Shown here in pieces: positions 9,493-18,442 of a stretch of 64,000 bases of DNA. Numbering within the stretch: the first letter of the stretch is position 1; every line of letters starts with the position of its first letter. This stretch comes from Thermoplasmata archaeon. GTDB taxonomy: Archaea > Thermoplasmatota > Thermoplasmata > Lutacidiplasmatales > UBA184. The notes beneath the pieces are model-generated. The model was not told the origin of the DNA, made no database searches, and saw nothing but the letters and a program-made list of their open reading frames with translations. The position numbers were made by a program, and so were the translations under genes. Location of the stretch: contig DATJWA010000001.1 of NCBI GenBank assembly GCA_035501555.1, positions 2,202 to 66,201 of the forward strand, written 5' to 3'.

Positions 9493-10653
9493 ATGACCGA
9501 GGGTTCGAGCGCTCCGTTGTCGCCGCGGCGCCGTCTCCGCGGACCGGGCCGCTCCCGCAGGCTCCTGCTCGTGGTCGCCGCCGTCGTGGTGGTGATCGTC
9601 GCGGGGCTCGGCGTCTACGCGGTCGTGACCTCCGAGCCGGCGACCCTGGTGATCTACACCTACCCGAGCCTGCTCGGGGGGGCTGACTGCGGGGCGCCGG
9701 CCTGGTCGCAGGTCTTCGGCGCGTTCGAGAGCGCCCACCACGTGAAGATCGACGTCGAGTGCCCGGCGGGGACGCTCGCGAGCACCCTGCTCGCCCAGCA
9801 GAACGCACCCGGCGCCGACCTGGTCATCGGGCTGGACGAGCTGACCGGCCCGCAGGCCGACGCGAACCACCTTCTCATCCCGTATGCCCCACCGGAGCTC
9901 GCCAACGTCTCCCCGGCGCTCGTGCAGGAGCTCTCCCCCGACGATGCGGTCGTCCCGTACGAGTGGGGGTACCTCGGGATCGACTACAACTCGTCGTTCG
10001 CGAACCTGACCCACGGCGGGGTCGAGCAGGCCTCCTTCCCCGAGTTCGTCGCCAACGCCTCCTGGGCCCGCCAGCTCCTGGTCGAGGACCCCTCCCAGGA
10101 CATTACCGGGGAGGAGTTCCTCGTCTGGCAGATCGAGTACTACGAGCAGGTCCTGCACCGGACCGACTGGCAGGCGTTCTGGTCGGGGGTGTTGCCGAAC
10201 CTGCCCCCGCCGGCCCCCGACTGGGGCACCGCGTTCGGCGAGTTCACCAGCCCGAACGGGCCCCAGATGGTCGTGAGCTACACGACCGACCCCGCGTATG
10301 CGGCCGCGAACGGGGCGGCGGGCCAGTACAACTCGACCGTCTCCTGGTGGAACGGGACGGCCTACGGCTGGCGGACGATCTACGGGATCGGGATCGTCAG
10401 CGGGACCCGCCATCTGGCGCTGGACCAGCAGTTCGAGAACTGGTTCCTGAGCGGGACCGTCCAGGGGCTCCTGCCCGAGACGGAGTGGGAGTACCCGGCG
10501 AACTCGACCGTCCCCCTCCCGTCCGTCTTCTCCGCAGCGGTCGACCCGTCCACCATCGTCGCCCTGAACAACGGCACGACGCCGGCGGAGGTCGCTTCGA
10601 ACCTCCCGGGCTGGGTCACCGACTGGCTTGAGCTCGCGACCGGGGCCGGATGA
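9493..10653 (+). CDS. thiB: Thiamine ABC transporter substrate-binding protein
   Basis: N-terminal membrane anchor, LVIYTY.S, ADLVIGLD, MVVSYTTDPAY and WEYPA; downstream of a TPP riboswitch. Confidence 0.85.
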   Translation: MTEGSSAPLSPRRRLRGPGRSRRLLLVVAAVVVVIVAGLGVYAVVTSEPATLVIYTYPSLLGGADCGAPAWSQVFGAFESAHHVKIDVECPAGTLASTLLAQQNAPGADLVIGLDELTGPQADANHLLIPYAPPELANVSPALVQELSPDDAVVPYEWGYLGIDYNSSFANLTHGGVEQASFPEFVANASWARQLLVEDPSQDITGEEFLVWQIEYYEQVLHRTDWQAFWSGVLPNLPPPAPDWGTAFGEFTSPNGPQMVVSYTTDPAYAAANGAAGQYNSTVSWWNGTAYGWRTIYGIGIVSGTRHLALDQQFENWFLSGTVQGLLPETEWEYPANSTVPLPSVFSAAVDPSTIVALNNGTTPAEVASNLPGWVTDWLELATGAG

Positions 10654-12272
10654 AGCGGACCGCGGGGGAGTGGGCGCTCTTCGCGCCGATCCTCGCGTTC
10701 GTCGCGCTGTTCGCCCTCCTCCCGGTCGCCTTCCTCTTCGCCTCCTCGCTGTCGAGTGGGGGAGGGTGGGGGGGCCTCGGCGCCGTCCTCGCGAACCCGC
10801 TCGACCGGCAGGCGGTCTCGAACTCCCTTTTCCAGGGGGGACTCTCGGCCGCCCTGGCGGTGACCCTCGGCTACCCGGCCGGGGTCTTCGTGGGCCGCTA
10901 CCTCTGGCCGGGACGGTCGGTCGTCCGTTCGGTGCTCCTCGTCCCTTTCCTGCTCCCCAGCCTCGTGATCGTGCTGGGCGTAGAGGACCTCTTCGGGTCG
11001 GCCGGCCTTCTCACCGGCATCCTCCCCGGGCTCTCCTTCTTTGGACGGGGGATCCCGGGGATCGTACTGGTCAACCTCGTGTTCAACCTCCCGCTGGTCG
11101 TCCTTCTCACCGCGACCGGCTGCGAGGTCGCGTCGCGCGAGCTCGAGGAAACGGTCGCGACGCTCGGCGGCTCGCCGGCGCGAGCCTACCGGGACACGTG
11201 GGGACGGCCGACCTGGGTGGGGGCCGCCGCCGGCGGGTTCCTGACGTTCCTCTTCTCCGCGCTCTCCTTCGCCCCGCCGCTCCTCCTCTGCGGGACCCGC
11301 TGCTACACCGTGGAGGCCCGTATCTGGTCGCTCGACACGGTCCTGCTCGACCCGAACGGTGCCGGTTTGCTCGCGCTCGCGATGGTCCTCTTCTTCCTCG
11401 CGCCGACCCTCGCCTACCTCCTGCTCGCGCGCCGGCTCCGGCCCGCGGGAGGCCGGGGCGGCACGGGGACGACGCGCCGGCCCGGCCGCAGCCTGGGGGT
11501 CGTCCTGCTCGCGACCGAGACGGTCGCGGTCCTCGGCGGGGTCGCCTTGGTCCTCGGGGCGGTGCTCTACCGCACAGTCCAGCCCTACGGCCACCAGGGG
11601 GCGGGGGCAGCCTGGGGGACCCTCTTCGCCCCGAGCACAGCGGCCCGGCTGGGTATCGGGATCCCGGGGGCGCTTGGGAACACGATGGCGTTCGCGGTCG
11701 CGGCCGCCGGGATCGCGGTGCTGCTCGTCGTCCCGGCCGCCTTCTCCGCGCTCCGGGGAGCCCGCGCGGGTACCGGCCTGGGCCTCCTCCTGTTCGCGCC
11801 GCTGCTGGTCTCCCCCATCGTCTTGGCGTTCGCTCTCGCGACGTTCTGGCGGCCGCTCCTCGGTGGAGAGAGCGCGGTGTGGGCCCTCGTGATCGTGAGC
11901 CAGGCGATGCTCGCGCTGCCGTTCGCCCTGCAGACCCTGACGATCCCGCTCTCGGGGCTCGCGCCGGATGCGCGGGAGGCGGCCCAGACGCTCGGCGCCT
12001 CCCGGTTCCTCGCGTTCGTGGACGCGGACCTCCCCCGGGTCCGTCAAGGGCTGCTCACCGCGGGCCTCCTCTCGTTCGCCCTCGGCCTCGGCGAGTTCAC
12101 GGCGACGTTCTTCCTCGTCACCCCCCGGTACACCACGCTGCCCGTCGCCCTCTACGGTCTTGCGAACACGCGGCAGCTCCCGCTCTCGGACGCGGCCGCC
12201 GGCCTGCTGCTGCTGATCAGCCTCGGGGTGTTCCTCGCCCTCTCGTTCGGAGGCCGCCGTGTCGAGCTCTAA
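10650..12272 (+). CDS. thiP: Thiamine ABC transporter permease (two permease domains)
   Basis: Multi-TM protein with two EAA-like motifs (LEETVATLGGS; AREAAQTLGAS) and LGEF..T. Confidence 0.85.
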   Translation: MKRTAGEWALFAPILAFVALFALLPVAFLFASSLSSGGGWGGLGAVLANPLDRQAVSNSLFQGGLSAALAVTLGYPAGVFVGRYLWPGRSVVRSVLLVPFLLPSLVIVLGVEDLFGSAGLLTGILPGLSFFGRGIPGIVLVNLVFNLPLVVLLTATGCEVASRELEETVATLGGSPARAYRDTWGRPTWVGAAAGGFLTFLFSALSFAPPLLLCGTRCYTVEARIWSLDTVLLDPNGAGLLALAMVLFFLAPTLAYLLLARRLRPAGGRGGTGTTRRPGRSLGVVLLATETVAVLGGVALVLGAVLYRTVQPYGHQGAGAAWGTLFAPSTAARLGIGIPGALGNTMAFAVAAAGIAVLLVVPAAFSALRGARAGTGLGLLLFAPLLVSPIVLAFALATFWRPLLGGESAVWALVIVSQAMLALPFALQTLTIPLSGLAPDAREAAQTLGASRFLAFVDADLPRVRQGLLTAGLLSFALGLGEFTATFFLVTPRYTTLPVALYGLANTRQLPLSDAAAGLLLLISLGVFLALSFGGRRVEL

Positions 12273-13227
12273 GCCGCTCCTCTCGGTCGAAGGCCTCTCC
12301 GCGGCCTGGGAGAAGGAGCCGGTGCTCCGCTCGGTCTCCTTCGAGGTGGGGACGGGCGAGCTGGTCGTGCTCCTCGGCCCGAACGGGAGCGGGAAGACGA
12401 CCCTCCTTCGCTGCCTCGCCGGTCTCGAACCGCTCACCGCCGGCCGGGTCCGGCTTGCGGGAAGGGACCTCGCGGGGGTCCCTCCCCATCGGCGCGGGAT
12501 CGCCCTGATGTTCCAGGACCCGGCGCTCTTCCCGCACCGGACGGTCTTCGAGAACATCGCCTACGCCCCGCTCCTCCAGCGCCGGCCCCGCAGCGAGATC
12601 GACCAGGAGGTCGGCCAGCTCGTCACCCTCCTGCACCTCGACGGGTTGGAGGACCGGAGCCCCGAGACCCTCTCCGGGGGAGAACGGCAGAAGGTCGCCC
12701 TCGCGCGGACGCTGGCCGCCCGTCCGCGGGTGGTCCTCCTCGACGAACCGTTCGCGTCGATCGACGTCGAGGGGAAGGCCGAGCTGCGGGCCGAGTTCCG
12801 CCACGCGCTGCGAACCTCGCAGACAAGTGCGGTCCACGTCACCCACGACCGCGAGGAGGGGTTCTTCCTCGGCGACCGGGTCGGTCTCCTGTTCGACGGG
12901 GCCCTCGAGACCTGGGGTACCCCGTCCGCGGTCTTCGAGTCGCCGCGGACGGTCCGGGCCGCCCGCTTCCTCGGCTACAACGTGCTCTCCGGTCCCGACG
13001 GCCCGGTCGCGGTGCTCCCGGCCGAGCTCGCGTTGGACCCCTCGCCGTCGGCCCCACGCCTCTGGACGGTCGTGGCGGCAGGGACGGTCGGCCGCGAGGC
13101 GCTCGTCATCCTCCGCGGACCGGCCGACGAGCGCGTCGAGTGGCGCTCCGCCGAGCCGTTCGAGCCGCCCCCGATGGGGAGTCCGGTCGCGCTCACCTGG
13201 AGCCGGTCGCGGCCGCTGGCCCCGTAG
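12259..13227 (+). CDS. thiQ: ABC transporter ATP-binding subunit (thiamine)
   Basis: Walker A GPNGSGKT, LSGGERQ, LLDEP, VTHD. Confidence 0.85.
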   Translation: MSSSKPLLSVEGLSAAWEKEPVLRSVSFEVGTGELVVLLGPNGSGKTTLLRCLAGLEPLTAGRVRLAGRDLAGVPPHRRGIALMFQDPALFPHRTVFENIAYAPLLQRRPRSEIDQEVGQLVTLLHLDGLEDRSPETLSGGERQKVALARTLAARPRVVLLDEPFASIDVEGKAELRAEFRHALRTSQTSAVHVTHDREEGFFLGDRVGLLFDGALETWGTPSAVFESPRTVRAARFLGYNVLSGPDGPVAVLPAELALDPSPSAPRLWTVVAAGTVGREALVILRGPADERVEWRSAEPFEPPPMGSPVALTWSRSRPLAP

Positions 13228-13271
13228 CGAACCCCCCAAATGCCCAAGTGGTCGAGCGCGCTGGTCCCCGC

Positions 13272-15956
13272 ATGACCCCCCCCGACCCTCTCCACGTCGC
13301 CGAGTCCGTCCCTCTCGGAACCAGCTCGGCCCGGATCTACCGGGTCGACCGCGTGCCCGGGGTCGACCCGGCGCAGTGGGCGCGTCGGCCCCGGACGATC
13401 CGGGTGATCCTCGAGAACGTCGTGCGCCACTTCGACCCCGCCCGGGCCGAGCTCGAGCCGCTCGTCGAGCTCGCGAACGGCGCCGCCGTCAGCGAGACCG
13501 CGGAGTTCCGCTACTTCCCCGAACGGATCCTGCTCCAGGACTTCACGGGGGTGCCGGTGATCGTCGACCTCGCGACGCTGCGCGGGGCGGCCGTCGCCCG
13601 CGGCCTTCCGCCCGAGCGCGTCAATCCGCTCGTGCCGGTGCACCTCATCGTCGACCACTCGGTCCAGGTCGACAGCTACGGCTCCCCCCGCTCGCTCCTC
13701 ATCAACCTCGACAAGGAGTACGAGCGGAACCACGAGCGGTACCGCTTCCTCCAGTGGGCGAAGACCGCCTACTCGAACTACCACATCGTGCCGCCGGGCA
13801 ACGGGATCTGTCACCAGGTGAACCTCGAGTACCTCTCGCAGGTCGTTGTCCTCCGCGGGCAGGGCGTCGAGGCCGTCGCCTTCCCGGACACCCTCCTCGG
13901 GACCGACTCGCACACGACGATGGTCAACGGCGTCTCCGTGCTCGGCTGGGGAGTCGGGGGCATCGAGGCGGAGGCGGTGATGCTGGGGGAGCCGTACACC
14001 CTTCCCCGACCGGTGGTCGTCGGCGTGGAGTTGAGCGGTACTCTCGCGGCGGGGGCGACCGCGACCGACCTCGTGTTGACCGTCACGCGACTCCTGCGGG
14101 AGACCGGGGTCGTCGACCAGTTCGTCGAGTTCTGCGGCCCGGGCGTGACCGCCCTCTCCGTCCCTGACCGCGCGACGATCTCGAACATGTGCCCGGAGTA
14201 CGGCGCGACGGCGGCGCTGTTCCCCATTGACGAGGCGACGATCGCCTACCTGCGCGCGACCGGCCGCGAGCCGGCGCACATCGATACGGTCGAGGCCTAC
14301 GCGCGGGCGACCGGCCTCTGGGGGTCCCCGCCGGTGGGGTCCATCGATTACGACCGCGTGGTCCGCCTCGACCTCGGGAGCGTCGTGCCCACGATCTCGG
14401 GGCCCCGGAACCCCGAGGAGAGCGTCGCGCTCTCCGACGCGCCGGCCTCGTTCGCGACCTCGCTCGCGGGCTACCGGAAGGGCCACCCCGGACCGGTCGG
14501 CGGGGTCGCGGCCGAGCGCGACCCCCCGGTCGACGATGGGTCCGTGGTGATCGCCGCGATCACGAGCTGCACCAACACGTCCAACCCGAGCGTGATGGTC
14601 GGGGCCGGGTTGATCGCGCGCAGCGCGCTGGCCGCCGGCCTGCGCGTCCCTCCGCACGTGAAGACCTCGCTGGCCCCTGGCTCGAAGGTCGTGACGGCCT
14701 ACCTCGAGAAGGCGGGCCTCATGCAGCCGCTCGCCGACCTCGGGTTCGCCCTCGTGGGGTACGGGTGCACGACCTGCATCGGCAACTCCGGGCCGCTCCC
14801 CCCGGCGGTCTCGCAGCAGGTCCAGGAGCGCGACCTGTACGTCGCGGCGGTCCTGAGCGGGAACCGCAACTTCGAGGCGCGGATCCAGAACCAGGTGCGC
14901 GCGAACTACCTCGCCTCCCCGATGCTGGTCGTCGCCTACGCGCTCGCCGGGCGGATGAACGTCAACCTCACCGAGGAGCCCCTCGGCCATCGCCCCGACG
15001 GCAGCCCGGTGTACCTTCGCGACCTCTGGCCCTCCGCCGAGGAGGTGCGACGTCTGGTCGAGGCGAGCCTCGCTCCCTCGATGTTCCAGGAGAAGTACGC
15101 CGCGATCGAGGTCGGCGACACGCACTGGGAGTCGCTTCACCCGCCCGTCGGGGCCCGGTACGCCTGGGCCCCGGAGTCGACGTACCTCGCCGAGGCGCCG
15201 TACCTCGAGCTCCCGCCTCCCTGGCTCCCCCGGAACGGGGAGCTGGTGCGCGGCGCTCGCGCGCTCCTGATCCTGGGGGACCGGGTCACCACGGATCACA
15301 TCTCTCCCGCGGGAGAGATCCCGGAGGACACTCCCGCCGGCCGGTATCTCGAGTCGCGAGGGGTCCCCCGGGCCGAGTTCAACACGTACGGCGCCCGCCG
15401 AGGCCACCACGAGGTCCTCGTGCGAGGCACCTTCGCCAACGTCCGGCTGAAGAACGACCTCGTCAAGCCGAAGGAGGGAGGGTTCACCCTCCACCTGCCC
15501 GAGGGGACGGAGATGACGGTCTTCGACGCCGCCCAGCGGTACCAGGCCGAGGGGACCCCGCTCCTCGTCTTCGCCGGGAAGAGCTACGGACAGGGAAGCT
15601 CCCGGGACTGGGCCGCGAAGGGCCCGCGGTTGCTCGGCGTCGGCGCGGTCGTCGCGGAGAGCTTCGAACGGATCCACCGGACCAACCTGATCGAGATGGG
15701 GGTCCTCCCGCTCTCCTACCGCCCGGGCGACTCGTGGGCGAAGTTCGGGCTCTCGGGCCGGGAGTCGTTCGACCTGCGACTACCGCCGGGACAGGAGCTC
15801 GGGCCCGGTGCCTCGGTCGAGCTCCGGGCGACCGACTCTTCCGGAGCGACCCGCACCTTCCTCCTCGACGTCCGCCTCCACAACGCGACCGAGGTCGATT
15901 ACTACCGTGCGGGGGGCGTACTCCCGTACGTCATGGAGCACCGGTTCGCGCGCTAG
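13272..15956 (+). CDS. acnA: Aconitate hydratase AcnA
   Basis: LQDFTGVP, DHSVQVD, GICHQVNLE, GTDSHT, AAITSCTNTSNP, GCTTCIGNSG, GSSRDWAAKG. Confidence 0.96.
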   Translation: MTPPDPLHVAESVPLGTSSARIYRVDRVPGVDPAQWARRPRTIRVILENVVRHFDPARAELEPLVELANGAAVSETAEFRYFPERILLQDFTGVPVIVDLATLRGAAVARGLPPERVNPLVPVHLIVDHSVQVDSYGSPRSLLINLDKEYERNHERYRFLQWAKTAYSNYHIVPPGNGICHQVNLEYLSQVVVLRGQGVEAVAFPDTLLGTDSHTTMVNGVSVLGWGVGGIEAEAVMLGEPYTLPRPVVVGVELSGTLAAGATATDLVLTVTRLLRETGVVDQFVEFCGPGVTALSVPDRATISNMCPEYGATAALFPIDEATIAYLRATGREPAHIDTVEAYARATGLWGSPPVGSIDYDRVVRLDLGSVVPTISGPRNPEESVALSDAPASFATSLAGYRKGHPGPVGGVAAERDPPVDDGSVVIAAITSCTNTSNPSVMVGAGLIARSALAAGLRVPPHVKTSLAPGSKVVTAYLEKAGLMQPLADLGFALVGYGCTTCIGNSGPLPPAVSQQVQERDLYVAAVLSGNRNFEARIQNQVRANYLASPMLVVAYALAGRMNVNLTEEPLGHRPDGSPVYLRDLWPSAEEVRRLVEASLAPSMFQEKYAAIEVGDTHWESLHPPVGARYAWAPESTYLAEAPYLELPPPWLPRNGELVRGARALLILGDRVTTDHISPAGEIPEDTPAGRYLESRGVPRAEFNTYGARRGHHEVLVRGTFANVRLKNDLVKPKEGGFTLHLPEGTEMTVFDAAQRYQAEGTPLLVFAGKSYGQGSSRDWAAKGPRLLGVGAVVAESFERIHRTNLIEMGVLPLSYRPGDSWAKFGLSGRESFDLRLPPGQELGPGASVELRATDSSGATRTFLLDVRLHNATEVDYYRAGGVLPYVMEHRFAR

Positions 15957-16759
15957 ACCGTCGCCGGATCCGGTGAACGGGCCGCCAGCCCCTCCGCGGA
16001 CCAGACGGCGAGCGCCTCGACCCGGCGGTACGTCACGGTCCGGTCCCCGACCTCGGCCCTCGCCGCGTCAACCGCCCGCCGAAGCTCCTCGGGGGGGATG
16101 TGCATCGTGTGCCGGCTCGCCCCCCGGGCAAGCATGTCCAACCGCCGGGCGAGCGGCTCCGTCACCACCCGGTCGCTGACGACCGTCATCCGGTCGGGAG
16201 GGATCTGGGCCAGGACCGCCCGCTCGCGGACCGGGGGGCCTCCCATCGCGCTCCTCGGGAAGGGGTATCCGCGTTCCGCGAGGATCCGGTAGACGACCCG
16301 CCGGCCGGCCTCCCGCGCCGGTGAGGGCCGCGCCTCCTCCCCGGTGCCGGGGTGGACGAGGGCGAACGCACCGAGCCGCCCGACACGGGTCGCCTCCTTC
16401 AACGCCCGGGCGGGCTCGTTGAGGAGATGTAGGACGTGGACCAGGAGGCTCGCGTCCACCGACGCGGGGGCGAACGGCAGCCGGTAGGCGCTACCCCGCA
16501 CCAGCCGCACGAGACCCTTCGTGCGCGCATGAGCGAGCATGCCGCGGGAGGCGTCGACGCCTGTGACGTCGAACCCCGCCGTCTCGAGCGGGAGGGCGAC
16601 CCGGCCGGTTCCGACCCCCACCTCGAGCAGTCGGTGGACCCGCTGCTCTCGCAGCACCCGTCCCATCTCCTCCAGCGTCGGGGCGTCGATCGGGTCGCGC
16701 GTCGCGTCGTAGGCGGGGGCGATGGTGTCGAAGTCCCGGGGCACGGCGTCGAGCGGCAT
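15953..16759 (-). CDS. Class I SAM-dependent methyltransferase
   Basis: LLEVGVGTGR, GVDASRGML, LPF...VD. Confidence 0.85.
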   Translation of the reverse strand: MPLDAVPRDFDTIAPAYDATRDPIDAPTLEEMGRVLREQRVHRLLEVGVGTGRVALPLETAGFDVTGVDASRGMLAHARTKGLVRLVRGSAYRLPFAPASVDASLLVHVLHLLNEPARALKEATRVGRLGAFALVHPGTGEEARPSPAREAGRRVVYRILAERGYPFPRSAMGGPPVRERAVLAQIPPDRMTVVSDRVVTEPLARRLDMLARGASRHTMHIPPEELRRAVDAARAEVGDRTVTYRRVEALAVWSAEGLAARSPDPATV

Positions 16760-16825
16760 CGAGCGTCGGGGCTTACCCCAGGGTTGTATTTCTCCTCGCG
16801 GCCGGCGCGCTCGTCGGAGTCCGGT

Positions 16826-18349
16826 TTACCCCAGGGCGGCGGGCTTGCGCAGGGTGAGGACCGACTCACGGAGTCGGAAGCCGCGTCGCTGGCCCGAGCG
16901 GCGCGAGCGGGCGACCTCGAACGACTCAACCTCGAAGCCCGCTCCCGCGGCCAGGCGCGCGAAGAGGAGGTCCCCGGGGACGTACGTGCCGGCCATGAGC
17001 GAGTCGCCGTTGACGACCACGAACCGCGCCCCGGGGCGGAGAGCGCGATGCACGGCGGAGATCACGGGCACAAGATCGTCGAAGTACTTCGCCACGACCG
17101 CGGCCATGTCGTGCCGGCGGTAGGAGCCCTTCGAGCGGACGTTCCGCTCGATCGCCCGCACGATCGACGTGAGCCACCGGTCGGAACGGACGGCCGCGGA
17201 CGGTCGATGGTCGGCGGCGACGGAGCGGGGGATGTTGTCGCAGGCGACCATCGCCCCCCGGAGCTTCGCGAGCTCGTCGTACGACCGGACGAAGTCCATC
17301 CAGGCTAGGTCGATCTTGTAGTTCATCACGTAGTCCATGCCGTTGACGTACGGCGGGCTCGTGACCGACAGGTCGACCGAGTTCTCCTCTAGGACGACCG
17401 AGGCCGAGCTCTCCCCGTGGATCTCGGGCCGGGGCCCCCAGCTCGCCCGGTCGTTCTGGAGGGTCACGAGGTCCTCTCGGATCGCCTGCGTGCGCTCGCG
17501 GAAGAGCCGGTACGGCGTCTCCCCGTCGAGGCCGACCTTGGTCGTGTAGCCGAGGCACGGCGCCCGCTTCAGGTGGCTCGAGTCGATCAGGATGCTCGCG
17601 AACGCCAGCCGGAGGAGGGTGCCGGCGCCGCCGTCGGGCGTCGCCCAGACGCTCTCCTTGAGCCGGAGGAGGGAGCGGAGGACCGCCGGGTCGAACTGAC
17701 GACGCGTCTCGCGAAGGAACGGGGGCTGGAGCGTCCCGCGAGCCCGCCGACGCAGCACCCGCTCCGCCTGCTCCCAGAACTCGCGCGGGTCGACGTCCCA
17801 CTCGCCCTTCGCCCGGGCGACAAACGCGGCGATCGGCATCAGGTCGACGCCGACCCCGCGCGCGCCCAGCGCTCGCGCGGTGGTCGGCACGGTGCCGCTC
17901 CCGCAGAACGGGTCGAGCACAGTGGTCCCGGGGCCGACGCCGTACCGGCGGCAGATGCTCTCGACGAACCCGGCGGAGAAGCCCTGGACGTACGGCCACC
18001 AGCGATGCACCGGGCGCCGGTCGTTCCCACCGGACTGGATCTCGGTCGGGGCCCCGCCGACGCGGAGGCCGAACTCCCGCTCGAACTCGGCGACGTACCA
18101 GGCCGGGCCGCGGAACGAGGAGGGCGGAGGCCGGTCCGACTCGTAGCGGCTCAAGGCCCAGAGGCCCCGGCCGTGGCGAGCGATCGATCGAGCCGCAGCG
18201 AGGCGGTCGAGGCCCTGGTGGACCTGGTCGACGGGGAGACGGGTCGTCGCGACGAGCTGCTTTACGGTGACCCCCGTGAGTCCGGCTCGGGCGATCGCGG
18301 CCTCGAGCCGGTCGGTCGGTGCGTCGAACGTGCGCGACGGCCCGGTCAT
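16826..18349 (-). CDS. DNA amino-methyltransferase (probably N4-cytosine) with N-terminal wHTH-like domain
   Basis: HRWW.Y..GFS, motif I VLDPFCGSGT and catalytic motif IV TSPPY (alpha order). Confidence 0.85.
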   Translation of the reverse strand: MTGPSRTFDAPTDRLEAAIARAGLTGVTVKQLVATTRLPVDQVHQGLDRLAAARSIARHGRGLWALSRYESDRPPPSSFRGPAWYVAEFEREFGLRVGGAPTEIQSGGNDRRPVHRWWPYVQGFSAGFVESICRRYGVGPGTTVLDPFCGSGTVPTTARALGARGVGVDLMPIAAFVARAKGEWDVDPREFWEQAERVLRRRARGTLQPPFLRETRRQFDPAVLRSLLRLKESVWATPDGGAGTLLRLAFASILIDSSHLKRAPCLGYTTKVGLDGETPYRLFRERTQAIREDLVTLQNDRASWGPRPEIHGESSASVVLEENSVDLSVTSPPYVNGMDYVMNYKIDLAWMDFVRSYDELAKLRGAMVACDNIPRSVAADHRPSAAVRSDRWLTSIVRAIERNVRSKGSYRRHDMAAVVAKYFDDLVPVISAVHRALRPGARFVVVNGDSLMAGTYVPGDLLFARLAAGAGFEVESFEVARSRRSGQRRGFRLRESVLTLRKPAALG

Positions 18350-18442
18350 CCGAGGGTCACCAGCATGCGGCGACTCTTAACCGCTCATCGGCTTCGGACG
18401 GCCCTCCGGGCGCGGGGAAGAGGTTCGACCAGGAGACGGCGT

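Noticed and set aside
12975..15677. 900-aa minus-strand ORF
   Set aside because: Antisense shadow of acnA.
16773..16836. 11-bp direct repeat TTACCCCAGGG near the methyltransferase 3' end
   Set aside because: Both copies lie on the same side of the gene, so they are not a target-site duplication; no transposase or integrase is present.
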